From: Candidatus Omnitrophota bacterium
Lineage (GTDB): Bacteria; Omnitrophota; Gorgyraeia; Duberdicusellales; 4484-171
Direction: 5' to 3'
Length of the DNA stretch: 43,539 bases
NCBI GenBank assembly: GCA_023819315.1
Contig: JAMWBQ010000002.1
Span: 1 to 43,539 of the forward strand
In this document: positions 10,495-21,165 of the stretch, one piece after another
How the letters are laid out: the number at the start of each line of letters is the position of its first letter
Numbering within the stretch: position 1 is the first letter of the stretch
Program-made: the position numbers and the translations under genes
Notes under the pieces: generated by a model
The model's database searches: none
What the model saw: only the letters and a program-made list of their open reading frames with translations
What the model was told of the DNA's origin: nothing

Positions 10495-10938
10495 ATGTTT
10501 ACGGTATTCATTGGTATTGGTTCTAATCTCGGTGATAGATTGAAAAATATTGAGGAAGCGATAAACTACTTAAGGTCTACAGAGGGAGTGATTGTAGAAA
10601 AGGTTTCTTCCTTGATAGAAACCGAACCTGTGGGTGGGCCTCCTCAAGGTAAGTATTTAAATGGTGTTATAAAAATAAAGACAAGTATATCACCTCATAA
10701 ACTTTTAGAAATTTTGAATACCATAGAGTATAGACTGGGAAGAAAGAGAGGTGTGATAAATGGTCCAAGAACTCTTGATTTGGATATTTTACTTTACGGT
10801 GATTTGATTATTCAAGATAAAGATTTAACTATACCTCATCCGCGTATGTGGGAGAGAGAGTTTGTTATCAAGCCTCTTTTAGAGATAGAACCTGATTTGG
10901 GGAAGAGTAAAGGGATTTATGGGAAACTAAGAAATTGA
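10495..10938 (+). CDS. folK: 2-amino-4-hydroxy-6-hydroxymethyldihydropteridine diphosphokinase
   Basis: [33 protein letters not shown]. Confidence 0.95.
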   Translation: MFTVFIGIGSNLGDRLKNIEEAINYLRSTEGVIVEKVSSLIETEPVGGPPQGKYLNGVIKIKTSISPHKLLEILNTIEYRLGRKRGVINGPRTLDLDILLYGDLIIQDKDLTIPHPRMWEREFVIKPLLEIEPDLGKSKGIYGKLRN

Positions 10939-10958
10939 TTTTTATCAGGAGGTTAGTT

Positions 10959-11981
10959 ATGGATAAAGAAGATACTTCTGTTAATAAGAAGAAAGCATTA
11001 GAGTTAGCTATAGCACAGATTATCAAACAGTATGGAAAGGGAGCGATAATGCGTCCTAAAGAGGGAGTAAAACTCGATGTTGAGGTTCTTCCTACAGGAA
11101 TAATTTCTTTGGATAAAGCCTTAGGAGTAGGAGGATTACCAAGAGGTAGAGTTATAGAGATTTTTGGTCCGGAATCTTCAGGTAAAACTACGCTCACTCT
11201 AAGCATTATTGCGGAAACACAACGTAACGGTGGAGTATCAGCATTTATCGATGCTGAGCACGCTTTTGATGCTAACTATGCTAAGTTAATTGGGGTTAAT
11301 TTCGATGAACTGTTAATTTCTCAGCCCGATACGGGTGAACAAGCTTTGGATATAGTGGAGACCTTAGTTAGGTCTAATGCTGTAGATTTAATTGTTGTAG
11401 ATTCTGTAGCGGCTTTAACCCCTCGTGTCGAGATTGAGGGAGAGATGGGAGAGGCACAATTGGGTTTACAAGCAAGACTTATGAGTCAGGCTTTGAGAAA
11501 ACTTACCTCAGCTATAAGTAAGTCTCGAACTTGTGTAATTTTTATTAATCAGATTAGAGAAAAAATCGGTGTAATGTATGGTTCACCCGAGACTACTCCC
11601 GGAGGTAGAGCGTTAAAGTTCTATGCTTCGGTAAGAATAGATTTACGTAAAGAGACTAATTTAACTACCTCTGAGGGAGTAAACATTGGTACAAAAGTGA
11701 GAGCAAAAGTAGTGAAGAATAAAGTTGCTCCTCCCTTTAGAACTGCTGAGTTTGAAATCTTATACGATGAGGGTGTTTCTAAGATAGGAGCATTAATCGA
11801 TGCTGCCATTGAGGGAGGGATAATAAAAAAATCCGGTAGCTGGTTCTCTTATCAAGATAAAAACCTTGCTCAAGGGAAAGAACAGTTAAGAAAGATTCTT
11901 AGAGAAGATGCTTCTTTTAAAGAGAAGTTAGAAGAGGCAGTTAAAAAAGTGATGTTCCAGGAAGTTGGTAAGGAAAGTTAA
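10959..11981 (+). CDS. recA: Recombinase A
   Basis: [47 protein letters not shown]. Start moved from TTG 10935 to ATG 10959, which follows SD AGGAGG. Confidence 0.98.
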   Translation: MDKEDTSVNKKKALELAIAQIIKQYGKGAIMRPKEGVKLDVEVLPTGIISLDKALGVGGLPRGRVIEIFGPESSGKTTLTLSIIAETQRNGGVSAFIDAEHAFDANYAKLIGVNFDELLISQPDTGEQALDIVETLVRSNAVDLIVVDSVAALTPRVEIEGEMGEAQLGLQARLMSQALRKLTSAISKSRTCVIFINQIREKIGVMYGSPETTPGGRALKFYASVRIDLRKETNLTTSEGVNIGTKVRAKVVKNKVAPPFRTAEFEILYDEGVSKIGALIDAAIEGGIIKKSGSWFSYQDKNLAQGKEQLRKILREDASFKEKLEEAVKKVMFQEVGKES

Positions 11982-12015
11982 CAATCGTAATCAGTTAAGA
12001 GGGAGGTGTTGAGAT

Positions 12016-13428
12016 ATGAAGAAGCTGATAACGTTGGTTATTGTTTTTATTTGTTTCTCCCCTTTGCTTTCTTCTTCGCAGGATTACTATAGAGATTTAG
12101 AATCTTTATCGATAAAAGTAGCTAATGAGATTGGTAAGTCGGTAGTTTCTATAAAAGCAACGGTTAAACAAAAAGTGATAAGAAGATTCTATTATAATTC
12201 TCCTCGCGGGGGGATAGAGGAAGAGTTCTTTAGGCGTTTCTTTGAGGATTTTTTTGGTGAGATACCTCAAGAGTTTGGAAGAGTTTCTGTAGGTAGTGGA
12301 GTAATTATAGATAGAGAGGGGTATATTTTAACAAATGCTCATGTGGTTTCTGATGCTGATGAGGTAAAAGTTGTTCTTTACGATGGTAGGGAGTTAAAAG
12401 CTACAGTTAAGGGAATTGATCCGAGAACAGATTTAGCGGTAATTAAGATAAACGCTAAGGATATAACCGTAGCTAAATTAGGTGACTCGGATAAACTTAG
12501 GATTGGTCAGTTTGTCTTTGCTTTAGGTAATCCTTTTGGTATATCTACCAACTATGCCAATGCTCAGCCAACCGTTACTTTTGGAGTAATAAGTGCTCTG
12601 CATCGTTTTTTGCCGGGAGCGGGGGGGAGAGATAGTTTAGATGATCTTATTCAGACCGATGCTGCTATCAATCCTGGTAACAGTGGCGGACCATTGGTAA
12701 ATTTAGATGGCGAGGTGATAGGTATAAATATAGCGATTATTACTCGTTCGGGCGGTTACGAAGGGATAGGTTTTGCTATACCGATAAATAAAGCAAAGTT
12801 AGTTTTGGGAAAACTTGTGAAAGGAGAAAAAGTTCTTTATGGATGGTTAGGTGTAAATATTCAGGATTTAAGTCAAGATTTAAGAAATTATTTTGGTATA
12901 AAAGAACAAGAGGGAGTTATTGTAGTAAGGGTATTTAAGAACTCTCCTGCAGAAAAAGCCGGGTTGAAAGAGGGAGATTTAATCCTAAGTTTTGACAATA
13001 AGAAAGTTACTGATACGAGGGAATTAATAAAGTTGGTGTCTATAACTGAAGTAGGTAAAACTGTTCCCTTAAAGATTATTCGCGATGGTAAAGAACAGAA
13101 CTTAGAGATAAAGATTGGAGCTAGGCCCGATGATTTGAGTAGTATAGAGACAGTGGAGAGGACATTTTTTAGGGGGATGGAAGTAGAAGATTTAACTTCT
13201 TTCTGGAGGAATAAATTTAATATTAAGGGAGAGGAAGGGGTAGTTATTGTTAATATCGAAAAAGATTCATCAGCAGAAAAAGCAGGTTTATCTGTAGGAG
13301 ATGTTATTACTATTATAGGTAATAGGAGAGTAAAGAATAAAGAAGATTTTGAAAGAACAATCTCTAATATCCAGGGAGATTGTTTGGTAAAAACTAATAG
13401 AGGTTTTTTTGTTTTAAAGGAAGAATAA
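12016..13428 (+). CDS. degP: HtrA/DegP-family periplasmic serine protease with two PDZ domains
   Basis: Signal peptide; catalytic triad motifs TNAHVV, DLAVIK, IQTDAAINPGNSGGPL; two C-terminal PDZ repeats (SPAEKAGL, SSAEKAGL). Confidence 0.92.
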   Translation: MKKLITLVIVFICFSPLLSSSQDYYRDLESLSIKVANEIGKSVVSIKATVKQKVIRRFYYNSPRGGIEEEFFRRFFEDFFGEIPQEFGRVSVGSGVIIDREGYILTNAHVVSDADEVKVVLYDGRELKATVKGIDPRTDLAVIKINAKDITVAKLGDSDKLRIGQFVFALGNPFGISTNYANAQPTVTFGVISALHRFLPGAGGRDSLDDLIQTDAAINPGNSGGPLVNLDGEVIGINIAIITRSGGYEGIGFAIPINKAKLVLGKLVKGEKVLYGWLGVNIQDLSQDLRNYFGIKEQEGVIVVRVFKNSPAEKAGLKEGDLILSFDNKKVTDTRELIKLVSITEVGKTVPLKIIRDGKEQNLEIKIGARPDDLSSIETVERTFFRGMEVEDLTSFWRNKFNIKGEEGVVIVNIEKDSSAEKAGLSVGDVITIIGNRRVKNKEDFERTISNIQGDCLVKTNRGFFVLKEE

Positions 13429-13887
13429 TTGGAAGAGTTTAATAGCGCTTTAAGTTACGCCTATCTTTTACTAAAGTATAGGATAAGGACATCTAAAGAA
13501 TTATCGTTGAGATTAAAAAGGAGGAATTTTTCTTCAGAAACTATAGATAAGGTTGTAGAGTTTCTTAATAAACAAGGGTACATAAACGATAATGAGTTCA
13601 TAGAGATATTTGTAAAAGATAAATTAAGTAGGGGTTGGGGCAAAAAGAAAATTTTTTTTTCTTTGAAGAGATTGGGGATAGAAGAGAGTATTATTAATGA
13701 GGAGTTAGAAAAAATTAGTCTCGGTGAGTACTCGGCAAAGATTAGAGAAGTTATAAAACGTAAATTAGGTGGGAAGAAAACTTCAGAGATAGATAAGGAA
13801 ACAAAAGCTAAATTGTTTCGCTACCTTATTCAGAGAGGGTTTTCTCTTGAGGAGATAGAGGGAGTTTTAAGTGATGAGCACGAATAG
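13429..13887 (+). CDS. recX: Regulatory protein RecX
   Basis: A..LL.YR.RT..EL...L, GYIND..F, GWGKKKI...L...GI, YLIQRGF; TTG start; lies between recA and alaS. Confidence 0.88.
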   Translation: MEEFNSALSYAYLLLKYRIRTSKELSLRLKRRNFSSETIDKVVEFLNKQGYINDNEFIEIFVKDKLSRGWGKKKIFFSLKRLGIEESIINEELEKISLGEYSAKIREVIKRKLGGKKTSEIDKETKAKLFRYLIQRGFSLEEIEGVLSDEHE

Positions 13888-16498
13888 ATTGAGAAAAGAT
13901 TTTTTAGAATTCTTTAAAAGTAAAGGGCACAAAATATTCCCCTCAGATTCTTTGGTTCCTTTAGATAAGAGCGTGCTTTTTACTTCTGCAGGGATGAACC
14001 AATTCAAACCCTATTTTTTAGGTGAGAAAAAGGACATCAGCCGAGCAACTTCTTGCCAGAAATGTTTACGCACCGATGATATGGATAAGGTAGGTAAGAC
14101 TCCTTACCATCATACGTTCTTTGAGATGTTAGGTAATTTTTCCTTTGGAGATTACTTCAAGCAAGGTGCAATTGAAATGGCTTGGGAGTTTCTTACCCAT
14201 AGGCTAAATATAAAAGAAAAAGACCTTTGGGTATCAGTTTATTACGAAGATGACGAAGCATCTTCTATATGGAAAGAATTTATAGGTGTGCCTGAACATA
14301 AGATTGTGAAATTAGGTGCTAAAGAAAATTTCTGGCCATCCAATGCACCCAAGGATGGACCTAATGGTCCTTGTGGACCTTGTTCGGAAATATTTTTTGA
14401 TAGAGGAAGTGATAAAGGTTGTTTGAAAGAAAATTGTAATCCGGGTTGCGATTGCGATAGATTTGTGGAAGTATGGAATCTTGTTTTCACCCAATTTAAC
14501 CGTGTAGGAGAAAATAAATTGGAGCCTTTGCCTCAGAAGAATATAGATACAGGTATGGGATTAGAGAGAATGGCAAGTGTCCTTCAAAATAAATCTTCTA
14601 ATTTTGAAATAGATATATTCTATCCCCTTGTAGAGCTTACAAAGAATTTGTTAAAAATTGAGGAGATAACTAAAGATAAAAATATTTTAATTAATGCCAT
14701 CGTTGATTATACGCGAGGAGCAACTTTTGCTATAAGTGATGGTGTTTATCCTTCCAATGAAGAGAGAGGATATGTGGTTCGTAAACTTATTAGGAGAGCT
14801 TACTTTAACGGTTACTATTTAGGTATGAGAGAGCCCTTCTTATACAATTTAGTAGAGTTGTATGCTGAGCTATTTAAAGAACCTTATCCCCAATTAATTT
14901 CCCATAAAAGGGATATAGCAGAAGTTATAAGGAGTGAGGAGGAAAGGTTCATCTATGCTTTAGAAGAAGCAAAGAAACAATTGTACTCCATAGTAGAGAT
15001 AAATAAGAAAGAGAATAAAAAGATAATAGATGGAGATATAGCTTTTAGATTTTACGATACTTATGGTTTACCTTGGGAGTTAATTTTAGAGTTAGCTAAA
15101 GAGTATAACTTAGAGGTAGATAAAGATAAGTTTAACCAACTGATGGAGAAACAGAAACAGATTTCCCGGCAAAAGAGTATGTTTATAGATACAATTTTTA
15201 CTTGGGAAGATTATCCTTACGATGATATTACTCAGTTTATAGGTTACGAGGAGTTTACTACTAAAGCAAAAATATTAAGAATAATGAGAGAAAAAAAAGA
15301 GGTAGATGAGCTCTTAGAAGATGATAAAGGTATCGTAGTTTTAGATAGGAGTCCATTTTATCCCCAGTCAGGAGGTCAACTTGCTGATAGAGGGTTATTG
15401 AATACAGATACAGGTCTCTTTTACGTGGAAGATACTATCAAGGTTAAAGATGCCCTGCTTCATATAGGTATAGTAAAGGAAGGTAAGATTACTAAAGGAG
15501 AAGTTAAAGCTTGTGTGGATAGAGAGAGAAGATTAGCTCTTATGCGTGCACATACTGCTACCCATCTGCTTCAATCAGCTTTAAGAGAAATTTTAGGTGA
15601 ACAAGTTACTCAGCAAGGTTCGTTGGTGGATGTAGATAGATTGAGGTTTGATTTTAATTATTTTCAGAGTTTGACTACCGAACAGTTAAATAGTATAGAG
15701 TATAGAGTAAATGAATTTATTTTGCGTAACGATAGAGTAAATAAGAAATGGATATCTTTGGAAGAGGCAAAAAAAGAAGGAGCTTTAGCTTTCTTCAAAG
15801 ATAAGTATGGAGATTGGGTAAGGATGGTTAGCATAGGTGATTACAGTAAAGAGCTTTGCGGAGGAACACATTTAGATTATACATCTCAGGTGGGAGTTTT
15901 TTCAATACTCTATGAGTGTTCAGTAAGCAGTGGCATAAGAAGAATTGAAGCTATCGTTGGTGAAGAGGCGTATAAAAAATTAGCTAATTATAAGAGTTTG
16001 GTAAAAAACTTGGTTTCCCTTTTGAAAGTTAAAGAGGAAGATATATTAGATTCCTTAAATCAGTTGAGAGATGAAAATAGAATCCTAAAAGATAGAGTTG
16101 ATAGTGTAGAAAGAAAACTTCTAAAGTTTCAAGTAGAAGAGGCAATAAAGAATAGAGATATTTACGGTGATACGAATATTTTTGTTTACCAGTTCGAAGA
16201 TAAAAATTACAATCATTTACTTTTTCTCTCCGATATTATTAGAGAAAGATTCTTATCTTCATTTGTCTTTTTAATTTCTTTATACAATGGTAAATATATT
16301 TTTGTATGTGCGGTTACTTCAGATCTTAAAGAGAAAGGAGTAACTCCCGACAAATTCTTAGCAAAATACAGGGAGGAAATTGGTGTTAAAGGTGGAGGTA
16401 AGGAATTGGTTGCCCAGGGAGTATTTGTAAAGCCAGCGGATATATTATCTTGCAGAGAGATAGTGAAAAAATTTTTAACTCACGAGGTTAAGTTATGA
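13874..16498 (+). CDS. alaS: Alanine--tRNA ligase
   Basis: LFTSAGMNQFK, HHTFFEMLGNFSFGDYFK, GPCGPCSEIF, DTGMGLER, HTATHLL, ELCGGTH. Start at ATG 13874 or GTG 13871. Confidence 0.98.
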   Translation: MSTNRLRKDFLEFFKSKGHKIFPSDSLVPLDKSVLFTSAGMNQFKPYFLGEKKDISRATSCQKCLRTDDMDKVGKTPYHHTFFEMLGNFSFGDYFKQGAIEMAWEFLTHRLNIKEKDLWVSVYYEDDEASSIWKEFIGVPEHKIVKLGAKENFWPSNAPKDGPNGPCGPCSEIFFDRGSDKGCLKENCNPGCDCDRFVEVWNLVFTQFNRVGENKLEPLPQKNIDTGMGLERMASVLQNKSSNFEIDIFYPLVELTKNLLKIEEITKDKNILINAIVDYTRGATFAISDGVYPSNEERGYVVRKLIRRAYFNGYYLGMREPFLYNLVELYAELFKEPYPQLISHKRDIAEVIRSEEERFIYALEEAKKQLYSIVEINKKENKKIIDGDIAFRFYDTYGLPWELILELAKEYNLEVDKDKFNQLMEKQKQISRQKSMFIDTIFTWEDYPYDDITQFIGYEEFTTKAKILRIMREKKEVDELLEDDKGIVVLDRSPFYPQSGGQLADRGLLNTDTGLFYVEDTIKVKDALLHIGIVKEGKITKGEVKACVDRERRLALMRAHTATHLLQSALREILGEQVTQQGSLVDVDRLRFDFNYFQSLTTEQLNSIEYRVNEFILRNDRVNKKWISLEEAKKEGALAFFKDKYGDWVRMVSIGDYSKELCGGTHLDYTSQVGVFSILYECSVSSGIRRIEAIVGEEAYKKLANYKSLVKNLVSLLKVKEEDILDSLNQLRDENRILKDRVDSVERKLLKFQVEEAIKNRDIYGDTNIFVYQFEDKNYNHLLFLSDIIRERFLSSFVFLISLYNGKYIFVCAVTSDLKEKGVTPDKFLAKYREEIGVKGGGKELVAQGVFVKPADILSCREIVKKFLTHEVKL

Positions 16499-17709
16499 TT
16501 GCTTTAAAAGATATTCGTGGTTTAAATAAGATTTTGGAGAAAAGGAAGAACCGAAAACAAAGAATTGTAGAAAAAGTAAGTAAAATTATAAAAAGGGTTA
16601 GGGAAGAGGGGGATAAGGCAGTAATAGAATATACGAGAAAATTTGATAAGGTGAAATTATCTCCTAAAGAGTTAAGGATAAGTGAGTCGGAGATAAGTTC
16701 AGCTTTTAATGAGTTGGATTCACAGCTTATATCAGCTTTTAAGTTAGCTATGGATAATGTGTTTAAATTCTATCGTCACCAGGTGTGTAAACCTATAAAT
16801 TTAAAGGAACCCAATGGTAAATTAATTAAAGTCAAATACGTTCCTATTGAGAGATTAGGCATATATGTTCCCTCAGGAACAGCACCTTTAGTTTCTACCG
16901 TTTATATGTGTGCTATTCCTGCTTTAGTAGCAGGAGTGAAAGAGTTGGTAGTAGTTTCTCCCGTCCGTCAGGATAAGAGCGTTAATCCCTTTATTTTAGC
17001 AGTTAGTTCAATGCTTAAAATAAAAGAGATGTATAAGATAGGAGGAGCACAGGCTATAGCTGCTTTAGCTTTCGGTACAAAAACGATAAAAAAAGTAGAT
17101 AAGATTGTTGGACCGGGTAATGAGTTCGTTACTGAGGCTAAGCGACAAGTTTTTGGACAAGTGGATATAGATATGTTAGCAGGACCCTCCGAAGTAGTAA
17201 TTATTGCTGGTAAGTCTACAAGAGTAGATTACATTATTGCAGATTTAGAAGCACAGATAGAACATCATAATGGATTAGGAATAGTAATTACTAATTCTCG
17301 GCGCTTGTTTAACGAGTTAAAGAAAGTAGATACTAAAGGATTCGTTATCAAGGTAAGAAATTTAGATGAGGCGATAGATATAGCTAATAGGATTGCTCCC
17401 GAACATTTAGAGATTTTAACCAGTCAGCCCTCTTCACTTTTAAGAAAGATAAGTAACAGCGGAGCGATATTCTTAGGGGAAAATACTCCTGTAGCTTTGG
17501 GTGATTATCTTGCCGGACCAAGTCATGTTTTACCTACCACTGGTAGTGCAAGGTTCTTCTCTTCACTTTCTCTTAGGGATTTTCTAAAAGAGGTCCATAT
17601 AATAAGTTATACTAAGAAAGCTATAAGTGAGGAGTTTTCAGCATTAGAGAAGATTGCTTCTTTGGAAGGTATGAGTAAGCATATAGAGAGTGTAAAGAGG
17701 AGATTGTAA
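16495..17709 (+). CDS. hisD: Histidinol dehydrogenase
   Basis: [53 protein letters not shown]. Confidence 0.96.
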   Translation: MIALKDIRGLNKILEKRKNRKQRIVEKVSKIIKRVREEGDKAVIEYTRKFDKVKLSPKELRISESEISSAFNELDSQLISAFKLAMDNVFKFYRHQVCKPINLKEPNGKLIKVKYVPIERLGIYVPSGTAPLVSTVYMCAIPALVAGVKELVVVSPVRQDKSVNPFILAVSSMLKIKEMYKIGGAQAIAALAFGTKTIKKVDKIVGPGNEFVTEAKRQVFGQVDIDMLAGPSEVVIIAGKSTRVDYIIADLEAQIEHHNGLGIVITNSRRLFNELKKVDTKGFVIKVRNLDEAIDIANRIAPEHLEILTSQPSSLLRKISNSGAIFLGENTPVALGDYLAGPSHVLPTTGSARFFSSLSLRDFLKEVHIISYTKKAISEEFSALEKIASLEGMSKHIESVKRRL

Positions 17710-17719
17710 GAGGTGTTTT

Positions 17720-18382
17720 ATGGTTGGGAGAAAGAAGAAGATAAGAAAAGTTATATTTAGAAGGAAAACACAGGAAGTAGATATTAAAGGTGAGTTCAGC
17801 ATAGATGGTAGAGGGAAAGTGAAAGTTAATACAGGTATAGAAGCACTTGACCATCTTCTTACTCTTTTTGCTTTTCATGGTTTATTTGATTTGAAATTAG
17901 AAGCAAAAGGTGATTTGCATCATCATCTCGTAGAGGATATAGGGATTGCCCTTGGTAAAGCTATAAAGGATGCTTTAGGAGATAAGTTTGGTATCAATCG
18001 TTACGGTTCATTCTCTATAGTTATGGATAAAGTATTAGTGGAAGCAAATATAGATATAAGTGGTAGACCAACTCTGCATGGAGTGGTAACAGAGAATTGT
18101 TCATCAGGCATTTTGAGTGTAGAGGATTTTTTAAGAAGTAAAAATCTTATCAACCAGGGGTTTGATAATACCAGCTTTTCCTTTAAACATGCGCAGGAGT
18201 TCTTAGAGGCTTTAGTTAATCATTCGGGAATAAGTTTAATTTACAATATAAAGTCAGGGGAAGGGGACCTCCACCATATATTAGAGGCTTTATTTAAAGC
18301 CCTGGGTAAAGCTATGGATTATGCTACGCAAATCGATCCCCGTCGTAAACAAATTCCCTCCACAAAAGGTATCATTGATTAA
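17720..18382 (+). CDS. hisB: Imidazoleglycerol-phosphate dehydratase
   Basis: RKTQEVDI, TGI..LDHLL, HHLVEDIGI, HHILEALFKA, PSTKG. Confidence 0.93.
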   Translation: MVGRKKKIRKVIFRRKTQEVDIKGEFSIDGRGKVKVNTGIEALDHLLTLFAFHGLFDLKLEAKGDLHHHLVEDIGIALGKAIKDALGDKFGINRYGSFSIVMDKVLVEANIDISGRPTLHGVVTENCSSGILSVEDFLRSKNLINQGFDNTSFSFKHAQEFLEALVNHSGISLIYNIKSGEGDLHHILEALFKALGKAMDYATQIDPRRKQIPSTKGIID

Positions 18383-18991
18383 ATGATAGTAATTATTGAT
18401 TATGGAATGGGTAATTTAAGGAGTGTTTCTAAGGCTATAGCTCATTGGGATGTTAGCTATGTTGTTACCGATTCACCTCTGGTTATAAAAAGAGCAAAGA
18501 AGATTATTTTGCCGGGAGTAGGACATTTCGGTAAAGCGGTAAGAGAATTAAAAAAGAGGAAGATTTTTAATCTCATAAAGGATAAAGTAAGAGAAGGTGT
18601 CCCTTTCTTAGGTATATGTTTAGGAATGCAGTTACTTTTTAAGAGAAGCGAGGAAGCTTTACAAGTTAAGGGTTTAGGACTAATTGAAGGGGAAGTAAAA
18701 AGATTCTCTAAAAAAGGTTTAGTTGTTCCTCATATGGGGTGGAATAGAGTAACTATAGAATCAAATAGAGAGAAATTATTTAAAGATATAAAGAATAATA
18801 GTTTTTTTTACTTTGCACACTCTTATTATTGCCTACCTTACCAGAAAGAGGTTATTTTAGGGTTTACTAATTACGGGATAGAATTCGTTTCTTCTTTAAA
18901 TAAAGGTAATATCTGGGCAGTACAGTTCCATCCTGAAAAGAGTCAAGAGTTAGGGTTAAAAGTTTGTAGAAATTTTATCTTTGAATGTTGA
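18383..18991 (+). CDS. hisH: Imidazole glycerol phosphate synthase glutaminase subunit
   Basis: IIDYGMGNL, LPGVG, LGICLGMQ, PHMGWN, QFHPEKS. Confidence 0.96.
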   Translation: MIVIIDYGMGNLRSVSKAIAHWDVSYVVTDSPLVIKRAKKIILPGVGHFGKAVRELKKRKIFNLIKDKVREGVPFLGICLGMQLLFKRSEEALQVKGLGLIEGEVKRFSKKGLVVPHMGWNRVTIESNREKLFKDIKNNSFFYFAHSYYCLPYQKEVILGFTNYGIEFVSSLNKGNIWAVQFHPEKSQELGLKVCRNFIFEC

Positions 18992-18992
18992 T

Positions 18993-19703
18993 ATGTTGGT
19001 TATACCCGCTATAGATATTAGGAAAGGCAAAGCAGTTAGACTTTATCAAGGAAAAAGAGATAAAGAGAAGGTTTATAGTTTAGATTCTTATAGTGTAGCA
19101 AAGAGATGGAAAGAGGAGGGAGCAAGCATACTTCATATAGTTGATTTGGATGCTGCTTTTGGTGAAGGGGATAATTTAGATTTAATAGGGAAAATTATAG
19201 AATTAGGTGTGGATATACAGTTAGGAGGAGGGTTGCGTTCTTTAAAGAAGATAGATTATGTGATAAGTATGGGAGTTAAGAGGGTTATTATTGGTTCTAA
19301 AGCAACTGAGCCTGATTTTTTAAAAGAGGCAGTCAATATTTTTAAGGATAAAATAGCAGTAGGTGTAGATGTGCTTGATGATAAAGTTATGATCTTGGGA
19401 TGGGATAAAAGAAGTCAATTTAGTTTGCGAGATTACATCCTCTATCTTAAAGATGAGGGAGTTAAATGGATAGTTTATACAGATATTAGTAGGGATGGGA
19501 CCTTAGTAGGGATAGAAGCATCTGGTTTAAAAGATTTAAGAGTTATGGAAGGATTAAATGTTATTTTTTCGGGAGGGATTAGTTCTCACGATGATTTAAA
19601 AATTATTAAAGAAAGAATACCCTTTATTCGGGGAGTAATAATAGGTAAAGCTTTATATGAAGGATTGATAGATTTAAGAGAAGCGATTAAATTGCTAAAA
19701 TAG
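18993..19703 (+). CDS. hisA: ProFAR isomerase
   Basis: IPAIDIRKGKAVRLYQG, LHIVDLDAA, QLGGGLR, TDISRDGTL, SGGI, GKALYEG. Start moved to ATG 18993, just after the hisH stop. Confidence 0.95.
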   Translation: MLVIPAIDIRKGKAVRLYQGKRDKEKVYSLDSYSVAKRWKEEGASILHIVDLDAAFGEGDNLDLIGKIIELGVDIQLGGGLRSLKKIDYVISMGVKRVIIGSKATEPDFLKEAVNIFKDKIAVGVDVLDDKVMILGWDKRSQFSLRDYILYLKDEGVKWIVYTDISRDGTLVGIEASGLKDLRVMEGLNVIFSGGISSHDDLKIIKERIPFIRGVIIGKALYEGLIDLREAIKLLK

Positions 19704-19721
19704 GTTTTACCAAGGGGGAGT

Positions 19722-20069
19722 ATGGATAATCGGAGAAGATTTTTAAGGTTTGAGGTGGGAGATTTCTTAGAAATTAGACCATTGAATGAAACCGGTCGTT
19801 ATGTAGAGGGACAATCTTTTAATCTAAGCATTATGGGTATATGTTTTTCTTCTAAAGAAGAATGGCAAACTGGTCAGGTTTTGCTTATAGATTATTTTAT
19901 AACTAAAGATTTAGATTCAGTAAAACTCAAAGTGGTAGTAGTATGGTCAGAATTTATAGATGAAGAAAAAGGTTATCTTACCGGTGCTCAGATTATAGAT
20001 GTAGAACAAGCTAAAGAGGAACGATTTATTAATTACTATTATCAAAGATTAAAAGAGAAATTTTTCTAA
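19722..20069 (+). CDS. Stand-alone PilZ-domain protein (putative c-di-GMP receptor)
   Basis: RRRFLR (RxxxR) and NLSIMG ((D/N)xSxxG) motifs; 115 aa; ..VVW.. beta-barrel pattern. Confidence 0.85.
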   Translation: MDNRRRFLRFEVGDFLEIRPLNETGRYVEGQSFNLSIMGICFSSKEEWQTGQVLLIDYFITKDLDSVKLKVVVVWSEFIDEEKGYLTGAQIIDVEQAKEERFINYYYQRLKEKFF

Positions 20070-20070
20070 T

Positions 20071-21123
20071 ATGGTAGATGTATTCTTTAAGAGAATAAAT
20101 TATCAACAGTTACTTAAAGAACCGCAAGTTATCTTGGATTTGTTAGAAAAAGCTAATTTTAAAGAGAATATAAAGAAGGATGATTTTTTAGGTATAAAGG
20201 TCCACTTTGGAGAGAGAGGGAATAAATCTTTTGTTAATCCCAATTTTCTCTTACCTTTAGTTAGATATTTAAAAAATTATAAAACAAAGCCTTTTCTTTT
20301 TGATACTAACACTCTATATTACGGTGATAGGATGAACGCTATTGACCACATTAGTTTGGCTAAAGGCCATGGTTTTGATAGGTTGGGTATACCTATAATT
20401 ATTGGTGATGGGCTAAGAGGTAACGATTATGTAGAGGTAGAGATAAATAAAAAACATTTTAATAAGTGTTACCTTTCTCTTATATGGAAAGATATAGATT
20501 TTATTCTCTGCCTATCCCATTTTAAAGGTCATATGCTTACAGGTTTTGGGGGAGCTATAAAGAATTTAGGTATGGGAATAGCGAGTAGAAGAGGTAAGTT
20601 GGCTCAACATTGTGAAATTTATCCTTATATAGATAAAAGTAAATGTAAAGGTTGTGGTATTTGTTTCAATAATTGTCCATCTCAATGTATAGAAAAAGAT
20701 GATGATAAATTTCGTATAGTAAGTAAACTTTGCATAGGTTGTGGTCAGTGTATGAGTTTATGTCCTTTTAGGGCGATAATTATTAATTGGTCAGACTCAT
20801 ATACTCTTATTCAGGAGAGAGTAGTAGAGTATGCTTTTGCTTCTTTAAAAGGTAAGCGCAGCATTCACATAAATTTTTGTGTATTTATTACTAAAGAGTG
20901 CGATTGTATGAATAAAGAGGAAAAAGGCTATTGCCAAGATTTGGGATTGCTTTTAAGTTATGACCCCGTGGCTTTAGATAAAGCAAGTTTAGACCTACTT
21001 ATAGATAGAGAAAAGAGAGATATTTTTAAAGAAATTCACCCCGAAACCCCCTATAGTGAGCAATTCACCTATGCAGAAGAGATAGGTTTAGGAACTACTG
21101 ATTATAGGCTTATAGAAGTGTAA
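20071..21123 (+). CDS. DUF362-family iron-sulfur protein with inserted 2x[4Fe-4S] ferredoxin domain
   Basis: IKVHFGERGN, SHFKGH..TGFGGAIKNLGMG, CKGCGIC...CP, CIGCGQC...CP, ECDC, SYDPVALD. Confidence 0.85.
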   Translation: MVDVFFKRINYQQLLKEPQVILDLLEKANFKENIKKDDFLGIKVHFGERGNKSFVNPNFLLPLVRYLKNYKTKPFLFDTNTLYYGDRMNAIDHISLAKGHGFDRLGIPIIIGDGLRGNDYVEVEINKKHFNKCYLSLIWKDIDFILCLSHFKGHMLTGFGGAIKNLGMGIASRRGKLAQHCEIYPYIDKSKCKGCGICFNNCPSQCIEKDDDKFRIVSKLCIGCGQCMSLCPFRAIIINWSDSYTLIQERVVEYAFASLKGKRSIHINFCVFITKECDCMNKEEKGYCQDLGLLLSYDPVALDKASLDLLIDREKRDIFKEIHPETPYSEQFTYAEEIGLGTTDYRLIEV

Positions 21124-21165
21124 ATATTTAAACTACATTCACTAAGGCGTTAATCGTATTATTAT

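Noticed and set aside
21121-21130. Palindrome TAAATATTTA after the DUF362 gene
   Set aside because: Short, all A/T, expected by chance at this composition.
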